DNA of 13,233 nt from Candidatus Aenigmatarchaeota archaeon. Its GTDB lineage: Archaea; Aenigmatarchaeota; Aenigmatarchaeia; Aenigmatarchaeales; JACQIB01. Location of the stretch: positions 1 through 13,233 of the forward strand of contig JBHIDR010000022.1 in NCBI GenBank assembly GCA_046760225.1. Direction: 5' to 3'. A program made the translations under genes and the position numbers. This document shows positions 4,925-12,160 of this stretch, piece after piece; positions within the stretch are counted from its first letter, which is position 1; the number at the start of each line of letters is the position of its first letter. The notes under the pieces were generated by a model that ran no database searches, was not told the origin of the DNA, and worked only from the letters and a program-made list of their open reading frames with translations.

Positions 4925-7753
4925 ATGGAAACTGAAAAAGGATTAAATACATTCAGCCTGCTACGCCCTGAAGTAGCCAAGCTAGCCACAGATAGATTTA
5001 AAAAACCAACAAAAATACAAAAATTGGCTATACCAAAGATTATTTCTGGAAAAAACACTCTTGCAATTTCAAATACAGGTAGCGGAAAGACCGAAAGTGT
5101 ACTCTTGCCAATTTTCGATAAGTTAGTTAATTCAAAACCTAAACCTATAGCTATTTTGTATATTTCACCTCTTCGCTCATTAAGCAGAGATCTCTTGGAA
5201 AGGATACTTTGGTGGTCAAATAGACTTGATTTTGGTGTTACAGTTAGACATGGCGATACAAGCGCACGTGAGCGAAAACTACAGGTAGAACATCCGGATG
5301 AGCTATTCATCATAACACCTGAGCAGTTGCAACCAATGCTAACTGGTAAAAAACTAAGAGAACTCTTGAAGAATGTCAAATACGTGGTCATAGACGAAGC
5401 ACATGAGCTAATAGACAGCAAAAGAGGAGTGCAGCTCATGCTCGCACTAGAAAGATTGAGGCTCCTCTGCGGTGAGCCACAGATAATCGCACTTTCTGCA
5501 ACAGTCGGCACTCCTGAAAAAGCAGCAAAGTTCCTTTTCAATGGCAAGAAGCATGTGATAGTAAATGCAAAAGAGGAAACAAACCTCGATATTAAGGTTG
5601 AATCACCATTTCCAAAACCAAAGGACAGAATTATAGCTGAAAAAATAAACCTCAGTGACTCAATAGCAGCAAGACTGAGAAAAATACACGAGCTCATGCT
5701 GTCCCACAAGGCAGTTCTCACCTTCACCAACACAAGGGAGGCATCTGAAATGCTTTCATCAAGACTAAGAGTACTTGACAGGGAGCTAAAACATGAAGTC
5801 CACCACTCCTCACTTGGAAAAGAGGTAAGGCTCAAAGCAGAAAGAGGCTTCAAGGAAGAAGAACTCAAATCACTTATTGCAACAAGCTCATTGCAATTGG
5901 GAATAGATATCGGTCTTATTGACCTTGTAATCCAGTACATGAGCCCAAGGGAAGTCACCCAGCTCTTGCAGCGTGTGGGAAGGTCAGGCCATGGTGTAGA
6001 AAGGATAAGCAAAGGGATAATAATCGCAACAGAAGCCGATGACATATTCGAGGCAGCTGTGATTGCAAGAAAAGCAATGAAAGGAGAATTAGAGCGCCCA
6101 AGGTTTCACAAAGATGCAATGGATGTTCTTGCTCACCAGATAGTCGGGATGGCAATGGAGGAATATGACATAAAACCAGAAAAGGTATACGAAACCCTGA
6201 AAAGAGCATACCCGTTCAAGGACCTTACAGCAAAGGAATTCAATTCAATAATCGAATTCCTAAGAAGCCTCCGCCTGATATACCTGGGCAACGGAATAAG
6301 AAGGTGCAGAAGGTCATTCGAATATTACTTCACAAACCTTTCTGTCATACCTGACAGCATATCCTACAAAATAATAGATATGACAACAGGCACAATGGTG
6401 GGCACCCTGGACGAGGCATTTGTTGCAGAGCATTCTGAAACAGGCTCGTCCTTTATTGTAAAGGGAAGGCCCTGGAGAGTAATATCAGTTGAAAATGACA
6501 AGGTATTTGTCGAGCCCATAACAGGTCTTGAATCATCTGTACCAGCATGGGAAGGCGAACTCATACCAGTACCTTTCGAGGTTGCACAGGAAGTCGGGGC
6601 ATTGCGACGCCAGGCATACCAGTACCTGAAAGGAGGAAAAAAGAAAACAGAAATAGCAAAGAAAATAAAGGAGAAGTATCCTGTTTCCAGCCAGACAGCA
6701 AGCAAGATGGTCTGGATAATTAACAGGCAATCCAAGAAATTCCCTGTACCTGATAACAGGTCCATAACAGTCGAGCATGCAGGTGACTTCACTGTCCTGC
6801 ATTGCTGCTTCGGGTCATTGGTCAATGAAACACTTGCCCGCTACATATCAGCAATCCTCACAGCAGAACAGGGAAGGGTTGTTCAGAGCAAAACAGATCC
6901 TTACAGGATAATATTCAGCAATGTCCAGCCAGAAAACATAGTTAGAATACTAAAGGATATAAAACCAGAACAGCTCCATACTGTACTTGCACTTTCCTTA
7001 CCAAGGTCAAGCCTTTACAAGCACAGGTTCATACAGATTGCAAAACGGTTCGGCGCAATAATGAAAGGTGCAAAATACGACAAGATAAATGTTGACAACA
7101 TAATCAAGGTCTACCGGGATTCTCCTATTGCAAAGGAGACCCTTCGTGAGCTGTTCACTGAAAAGCTAGATGTTAAGCAAACAGAAAAGATAATCAGATC
7201 AATAAGAAGCAAGAAGCTGAAGATACACACAGTTGACGGCCTTAGCCTTCTTGGAGAGCTTGGCCTGCAGCAGGAGCTTCATGACATTGCAAAGCCTGAC
7301 AGGCCAGAAGCAGAGATACTAAGGATATTCAAGAAGCGGCTTCTCAGCACAAAGATGAGGCTCGTCTGCCTTAACTGCGGAAAATACTCTGTATCATACA
7401 AGGTAAAGGAAATCCCAAAGGTTCCAAGATGCCCCCGCTGCACCTCAAAGCTGCTGGCCTGCATTCATCCGCACATGACAGAAGCAAAGGAAATAATAAA
7501 GAAGCGTTTGCAGGGCAAAAGGCTTACTGATGAGGAACAGAAGAAGCTGCAAAGAATAAAGATGAGCGCAGACGTGATTGTTGCATATGGCAAAAGAGGT
7601 GCAATCGTTTTAGCAGGAAGAGGTGTAGGACCAACAACTGCTAAACGTATCATGAGGAAGTGTTTTGCATTCAAGGATGATGACAAGTTCTACAAAGAAA
7701 CACTCAGGGAAGAGAGAAATTTTTTAACTACTCACCGCTACTGGCAGACATAA
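4925..7753 (+). CDS. lhr: Lhr-family SF2 DEAH-box ATP-dependent helicase (942 aa) with C-terminal Cys4 motif
   Basis: TGSGKT, YISPLRSL, VRHGDT, ITPEQL, IDEAHE, LSATVG, FTNTR, VHHSSL, ATSSLQLGIDIG, QRVGRSGH; Lhr-typical DVLAHQIVG and PAWEGE; CLNC...CPRC near the C-terminus. Confidence 0.95.
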   Translation: METEKGLNTFSLLRPEVAKLATDRFKKPTKIQKLAIPKIISGKNTLAISNTGSGKTESVLLPIFDKLVNSKPKPIAILYISPLRSLSRDLLERILWWSNRLDFGVTVRHGDTSARERKLQVEHPDELFIITPEQLQPMLTGKKLRELLKNVKYVVIDEAHELIDSKRGVQLMLALERLRLLCGEPQIIALSATVGTPEKAAKFLFNGKKHVIVNAKEETNLDIKVESPFPKPKDRIIAEKINLSDSIAARLRKIHELMLSHKAVLTFTNTREASEMLSSRLRVLDRELKHEVHHSSLGKEVRLKAERGFKEEELKSLIATSSLQLGIDIGLIDLVIQYMSPREVTQLLQRVGRSGHGVERISKGIIIATEADDIFEAAVIARKAMKGELERPRFHKDAMDVLAHQIVGMAMEEYDIKPEKVYETLKRAYPFKDLTAKEFNSIIEFLRSLRLIYLGNGIRRCRRSFEYYFTNLSVIPDSISYKIIDMTTGTMVGTLDEAFVAEHSETGSSFIVKGRPWRVISVENDKVFVEPITGLESSVPAWEGELIPVPFEVAQEVGALRRQAYQYLKGGKKKTEIAKKIKEKYPVSSQTASKMVWIINRQSKKFPVPDNRSITVEHAGDFTVLHCCFGSLVNETLARYISAILTAEQGRVVQSKTDPYRIIFSNVQPENIVRILKDIKPEQLHTVLALSLPRSSLYKHRFIQIAKRFGAIMKGAKYDKINVDNIIKVYRDSPIAKETLRELFTEKLDVKQTEKIIRSIRSKKLKIHTVDGLSLLGELGLQQELHDIAKPDRPEAEILRIFKKRLLSTKMRLVCLNCGKYSVSYKVKEIPKVPRCPRCTSKLLACIHPHMTEAKEIIKKRLQGKRLTDEEQKKLQRIKMSADVIVAYGKRGAIVLAGRGVGPTTAKRIMRKCFAFKDDDKFYKETLREERNFLTTHRYWQT

Positions 7754-7787
7754 ATATACATAAATTCCTGAAATCATAATTCTTATC

Positions 7788-8257
7788 ATGAAAATACGTC
7801 AGGCCACATCTAATGATATACCCAAAATACAGCAGGTAGATCTTGTCCTTCTGATGTTCTTGATAAATGGATAACCACTGGAAACTTCTTTGTTGCAGAA
7901 GAGGATGGTGTCATTGCATTCATCTTCTTCGAGTATGTTAATGAAACAAAGGCTATTCCATTCGTTCACGAACCCTTACGCAGTCTAGAAAGCAAGTATG
8001 TCTACGTAAGTGAAATAGGAGCTTTTGACGGTAAGGAAGTTGCCTTGCAGAAGCTGTTTGATGTTGTGATGGAAAAGGCGAGGGAGAAAGATTGTAAAGT
8101 AATAATATGGCTCACTGGCCAGAAAAAGAAACATGATAAGATTGAACTTTCCTTTATTAAGAAAAACAATTTCACTCTCTACAGTAATGTTAAAAATTGG
8201 GAAGCATATCCCGGCAAGTTCGTTTCGGACCATTCCATTTGGATTAAGGAATTGTAA
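7788..8257 (+). pseudogene. Frameshifted GNAT (RimI-like) N-acetyltransferase
   Basis: ATG 7788 gives MKIRQATSNDIPKIQQVD and stops at 7872-7874. The -1 frame is open 7817-8257 and reads CPSDVLDKWITTGNFFVAEEDGVIAFI...YVSEIG...EKAREKDCKVI...FIKKNNF. CATAAAT box lies 29 nt before the ATG. Confidence 0.75.
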
Positions 8258-8311
8258 ATGTTTTGGTCAAATTAGCATACTCTAATTAACCCTGTTCTGG
8301 ACATTTCCTTT

Positions 8312-8334
8312 GAGAAAACCTTTAAGGCTTTCTC
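8312..8334. promoter_or_regulatory. 23-bp near-perfect palindrome centred on a TATA box
   Basis: GAGAAAACCT-T-T-A-AGGCTTTCTC: 10 of 11 symmetric pairs around T8323. TTTAAG at 8321 is 29 nt before ATG 8350. Confidence 0.6.
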
Positions 8335-8349
8335 CCACAATATATGTGT

Positions 8350-9315
8350 ATGCGTCATCGCAGGCTTAACAGCAAGAAGGCTGTAGTCTCTGAGCTTCTG
8401 GATCACTATGGTATGGGACTTTGCTTCCTCGGCTCAAGGCGCGAAAAACAATTGGCTCGTGCAGCCCAAAAATACTTCGGCTCTGTTAAGGCCGCCACGT
8501 CTGCCGCCAACGCTGAAGTTGACCAGCGGCTTGATGCTATCTCAGAGCAGTTGCCTCGCCTGCGAGGAGCCCGCCGCTACGAACTGGATACAGAATACCT
8601 TGAAGATATGCGTGAGGAGCTGCGCTTCAGAAAATGGTCGACCAGTGTCGGCTTTGTCTCAGATTACTACTGGCGGGTCCCCCAGTTCGAACTAGGTCAC
8701 TATCCGGGCACAGACGCCCGCACCCGAGCCTTTGTGAAACGCTTTGCTGATAAAGTGGAACGCGACATCAAACATGGCACTGTAAACGTGCTTTACCATC
8801 GAGGTAAATCTGTCACCGTCCCCACACTTGACGTCCGTGGCAATTCCTTCCATCTCTCGGCCCGCTTAGGCGCCAGGGCTCGGAAAAAGCACATCAGGCC
8901 TGAAATCACAGTCGACATCGAACCTATCCACACGGCCTGGCCCAGCAAGAAGAGCAAAAATGACCCTATTTACTTCAGCTCTGTAACAGTGCAGGCCATG
9001 ACCCTCACCAAAGCCGTACTAGAGGAAATCGAAAGCGCCTATAAAGAACTGCTTAATGGACGCCGCCCTAGCTGGAGCAAAATCCACCTGTACCGTTACT
9101 TCGGTGATGATGTATATATGTTTAAGGACCCTGAAGAACAGTACAGCCAACTCGAGAACTGGCTGAGCCACACTGCTTGGTTTGCGCTCAACAGACAGCG
9201 CTATCATGATGTTCTGGCCCTCGGACAGCTGGCATATCGTGCCTTAGACAGAAACGAAGCCAGTATACTCAAGAAACTGACCGAACTCGCTGAACAAGAC
9301 CTCCAATCAGAATAG
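8350..9315 (+). CDS. Hypothetical protein (321 aa) with an N-terminal homing-endonuclease-associated-repeat-like module; atypical composition
   Basis: SKKAVVSEL...LARAAQKYFGSVKAATSAA resembles the FGSW..A..AAG signature of HNH-associated repeats. Sampled 60-nt lines are 50-65% GC, and Arg is mostly CGN. ATG 8350 is preferred over 8344 on TATA spacing. Confidence 0.8.
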   Translation: MRHRRLNSKKAVVSELLDHYGMGLCFLGSRREKQLARAAQKYFGSVKAATSAANAEVDQRLDAISEQLPRLRGARRYELDTEYLEDMREELRFRKWSTSVGFVSDYYWRVPQFELGHYPGTDARTRAFVKRFADKVERDIKHGTVNVLYHRGKSVTVPTLDVRGNSFHLSARLGARARKKHIRPEITVDIEPIHTAWPSKKSKNDPIYFSSVTVQAMTLTKAVLEEIESAYKELLNGRRPSWSKIHLYRYFGDDVYMFKDPEEQYSQLENWLSHTAWFALNRQRYHDVLALGQLAYRALDRNEASILKKLTELAEQDLQSE

Positions 9316-9326
9316 CCGCCCATTCT

Positions 9327-10553
9327 CTATATGTCCGGCTCTCCCATAAGTTCCTCGCACTCCTTCATCAGCTCCTTTATCTCCCTCTTGGTGTACGTAT
9401 AGCCCAGCTTCTCCTTCACAGCCTTCCTCATGTCCTTTGGGTTGTCTATGTGCATGTTCTCCATTATGAAGTACTTGGCTCTTTCCCTCTTGAACCATGG
9501 TGCTATCTTTCTTTTCCTTTTTCTCCTTGGCTTGGCCCTCATATCTGGAAGATTACCAATTCTTTTTCTATATCTACCCCTTCCAGAGTCCATTTGCGCT
9601 TTGGTTATGGTGCCGTACCTCTTGCCGAAATCAGGGTGCTCATTGAAAAGGTAGGCGCCTGACTCTCCTGCAGCTTCCGGGTACAGGCCAAGGAATTCCA
9701 GTATGTGCAGCGCAGCCTCATCATGGTACTTTCCTCTCATATCAAGAAGTCCTAGTTCCTTGCCATAGTCCCACCTTATCCCGTTAAGATAGTCAGGGGT
9801 TATCCTACCATACTTCTTTCCAAAATCAGGGTCATTGTTGTATGCCTTTGCCCCTCTTTTGCCTACAGCATCAGGATGGAGCCTGAGATACTCCTTCACC
9901 TTTTTCCTTGTGATGCTGCCTGACCACTTCTTGTTCTTGACCTTCTTCCTTTTCCTGAGAACATCTCTGGCATATCTCATTTGGTCCTTTGTCAGTTTCC
10001 CGTGCTTCTTCCCATATTCAGGGTGGTTGTTGTAGATATTGAGGCCTGGCTGGCCCAGTGCATTAGGGAATTTCTTGAAGAATCTTTCCATGCTCTTGAT
10101 CCGTTCCTCTACGCTGTTTTTCTTTCTGCTCTTGCCCCTCATGTCCTTGAGGCCAAGCTCCTTCATGAACATGTGCCTGGCATTCTCAAGCTGGTATTTC
10201 TTGATTTTTCCATGAAACTTCCCGAAGTTGGGATGGTTGTTATACAGCCTTGTTCCTTCTTCACCAAATGCATCAGGATATAATCTCAGGAACCGTTTAA
10301 TCCTCATGGCTGTTTTCCCTGGCCCTCTTTTTGGTCTTTTCTTTCCTAGACCTAGCCTCTCCCTATAAGTATGCCTGACTCTGTTGAGTCTTTTGCCTGT
10401 TATCTTCCCATGCTTCTGTCCGAACTCTGGATGCCAGTTATAGTCTTCAGCGCCCTCTTCGCCGCATGCATCTGGGTACATAATGAGATAATCTATTATG
10501 TGCCTTGTGGCCTCGCGAATGTTAAGATAAGAACTTAGGGGGTCTCTATCCAT
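9327..10553 (-). CDS. Basic tandem-repeat protein (408 aa): five ~65-aa repeats plus a C-terminal HTH-like domain; probable nucleic-acid binder
   Basis: Clear internal repeats; host-like codon usage; AAATAAAT box begins 30 nt upstream of ATG 10553. Confidence 0.9.
   Translation of the reverse strand: MDRDPLSSYLNIREATRHIIDYLIMYPDACGEEGAEDYNWHPEFGQKHGKITGKRLNRVRHTYRERLGLGKKRPKRGPGKTAMRIKRFLRLYPDAFGEEGTRLYNNHPNFGKFHGKIKKYQLENARHMFMKELGLKDMRGKSRKKNSVEERIKSMERFFKKFPNALGQPGLNIYNNHPEYGKKHGKLTKDQMRYARDVLRKRKKVKNKKWSGSITRKKVKEYLRLHPDAVGKRGAKAYNNDPDFGKKYGRITPDYLNGIRWDYGKELGLLDMRGKYHDEAALHILEFLGLYPEAAGESGAYLFNEHPDFGKRYGTITKAQMDSGRGRYRKRIGNLPDMRAKPRRKRKRKIAPWFKRERAKYFIMENMHIDNPKDMRKAVKEKLGYTYTKREIKELMKECEELMGEPDI
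9531..10514 (-). repeat. Five coding tandem repeats (aa ~14-341), period 64-70 aa
   Basis: Anchor Pro at aa 27, 93, 163, 227 and 292. Gap-free core with invariant P0, A+2, G+4, G+7, N+12, P+15, G+18, G+22 and R+33 in all five copies. Confidence 0.93.
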
Positions 10554-10612
10554 ATAATATATTTAGACAAAAGGGATTTATTTGTTTCTTTGTTTACTCG
10601 AAGAAAAAACAT

Positions 10613-11023
10613 TTAAGTGGTTTTTGGGTTTGCCTCACCAAGGGCAACAGGATGGGTTGCAGCATATCTTGTCTGCTCAGGTGTCATCATTGTTAGCCTG
10701 TCGCCCGTCCTCCTCAGTATGTGGTAGTTCCCGTACAGGTCCAGCTCCTCTTCAGCCTTGAGTATGGGCCTCTCAGGGTCATTGTTCTTTATTGCCTCAA
10801 CAAGGGGCTCTGCAAGAATATAGGTTGACTTGCTCAGCACAACTATCTCTTCGCTGTATTCCCTGTACGGGTACTGTATGCTCCCTATGTAAGTGTACTC
10901 TCTCTACTCAACCAGAATACCGTGCGCAATGGGCATGTTCTTTATCTGTATGCCAAGCTCCATCTTCAGCAGCTTCTTTGCGATTGCATCATAGTCAGGC
11001 TCCTCAGATATGCCCTCTTTCAT
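10613..11023 (-). pseudogene. Hypothetical 136-codon gene interrupted by an in-frame TAG at codon 40
   Basis: ATG 11023 gives MKEGISEEPDYDAIAKKLLKMELGIQIKNMPIAHGILVE, then TAG (10906-10904), then REYTYIGSIQYPYREYSEEIVVLSKSTY..., continuing in frame into the track's 10613..10840 ORF. CTTAAAT box lies 30 nt upstream. Confidence 0.75.
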
Positions 11024-11039
11024 AATTATAAGGAGGTCA

Positions 11040-11053
11040 GAAAAACATTTAAG
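11040..11053. promoter_or_regulatory. Shared bidirectional TATA element
   Basis: Plus strand GAAAAACA-TTTAAG has its TATA 28 nt before ATG 11076. Minus strand CTTAAAT begins 30 nt before ATG 11023. Confidence 0.6.
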
Positions 11054-11075
11054 GACCTCTGATTAAATTGGTATC

Positions 11076-11468
11076 ATGCATGAACTGACTTTCTCCACAA
11101 AAGAGCAATTTGAAGTAATTGACATAACTGATAGGGTTAGAGCAATAATAAAAAAATCAAAAGGAAAGCAATGTATTGTATATACACCGCATGCAACAGC
11201 AGCAATAGTTATAAACGAGGGTTGGGACCCAGATATAGGAAAGGACCTGCTGGATGCGCTGGACAAGGCTGTTCCTCTGCATGCAGGCTACAGGCATGAC
11301 AAGGTGGATAATAACGCTGCTGCACATATCAAGGCAGCGATTCTCGGTCCTTCTGAGACACTGCTCATAGAGAATGGAAAGCTTATTCTCGGCCGCTGGC
11401 AGAACATATTCTTTGTTGAGCTGGACGGCCCAAGGAACAGAAGGAAGGTATATGTCAAAATATTCTGA
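11076..11468 (+). CDS. yjbQ: YjbQ/UPF0047 family protein (secondary thiamine-phosphate synthase family)
   Basis: IDITD, PHATAAIVINE..DP, YRHD...NAAAHIKAAILG, LGRWQNIFFVELDGPR. Confidence 0.95.
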   Translation: MHELTFSTKEQFEVIDITDRVRAIIKKSKGKQCIVYTPHATAAIVINEGWDPDIGKDLLDALDKAVPLHAGYRHDKVDNNAAAHIKAAILGPSETLLIENGKLILGRWQNIFFVELDGPRNRRKVYVKIF

Positions 11469-11506
11469 AATAAATCCTTTTGCAACCATTAGTCTACAGT
11501 GCTACC

Positions 11507-12160
11507 ATGGGAGTATCTTCTGATTTTGAGGAAATTGAAAGGGAACTAAAAAGGCTCGCTCTTCAGCTCAGGCTGGAGCTTACAGAAAAGGAAGGGGCGC
11601 ACAATATCAGTTGGCAGAACTATACGAGCGGGCATCTTGTAAGGACAGGCGAATATGCTGAAGGTATTGCTAGAGCACTTGGCCTTAACAAGAAAACAAC
11701 CACCTTAATCAGGTTAAGCGCTGAACTGCATGATGCAGGAAAAATCTACATTGATAACGATATTCTATTCAACAAGATTGAAAGAGGTGGGGATAAGTGG
11801 AAGGCTATATGGAGGCACCCCTATGACGGTCTTAAATGGCTCAAAAAGAACACGAGCATTGAGGTTCCCAAAATAGTGAAAAATGCGATAAAATGCCACC
11901 ATGAGAACTGGGACGGCTCAGGATATCCTGGAGGCCCAAAAGAAGGAATGATAAGAGGAAGGGTGCCTGATGTGGCCCGCATAATAAGGCCTGCAGATTC
12001 CTGGGATGCTGCAACATCAGACAGGCCATACAAGAAGCGTCGTAATACTGAAGATGCTGTCAGGAAGATGAAAGACAGGTCAGGAACAATATACGAGCCG
12101 ACTAAAATTAATGCTCTCTTCAAGTATCTGAGAAAAGAAGGCATTATATCAAAGTTCTAG
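11507..12160 (+). CDS. Stand-alone HD-GYP domain phosphodiesterase (217 aa)
   Basis: YTSGH, LHDAGK, RHP, HHENWDGSGYP, ARII..ADSWDAATSDRPYK. ATG 11507 chosen over the track's TTG at 11480. Confidence 0.92.
   Translation: MGVSSDFEEIERELKRLALQLRLELTEKEGAHNISWQNYTSGHLVRTGEYAEGIARALGLNKKTTTLIRLSAELHDAGKIYIDNDILFNKIERGGDKWKAIWRHPYDGLKWLKKNTSIEVPKIVKNAIKCHHENWDGSGYPGGPKEGMIRGRVPDVARIIRPADSWDAATSDRPYKKRRNTEDAVRKMKDRSGTIYEPTKINALFKYLRKEGIISKF

Noticed and set aside
4870..6045. 391-aa minus-strand ORF
   Set aside because: Antisense shadow of the lhr helicase core; Ser/Leu-rich with no motifs. The same applies to the other short overlapping ORFs in the track.
7817..7871. Programmed -1 ribosomal frameshift in the GNAT gene
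   Set aside because: CCCAAAA (7821-7827) is out of phase for a -1 slip, and the protein appears to lack residues at the junction.
8258..9326. IS element or homing-endonuclease cassette around the GC-rich gene
   Set aside because: No transposase or nuclease motif, terminal inverted repeats or target-site duplication found by eye.
9531..10514. CRISPR array, DGR template/variable repeats or DNA tandem repeat
   Set aside because: Repeats are conserved at amino-acid level only. No identical DNA repeats with spacers, no adenine-specific variation pattern was evident, and no cas or reverse-transcriptase gene is present.
11031..11037. Perfect SD-like AGGAGGT on the plus strand
   Set aside because: It lies upstream of the yjbQ TATA box with no start codon at a usable distance.
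10568..11482. Similar motifs AAATAAATCCCTTTTG (minus, 10583-10568) and AAATAAATCCTTTTG (plus, 11468-11482)
   Set aside because: They lie at different distances from their ATGs (30 versus 39 nt) and have AT-rich promoter-like composition; two instances are insufficient.
14..12160. Genome-wide TAG reassignment
   Set aside because: Six genes end at TAG at sensible positions, and none of the conserved genes contains an internal TAG.
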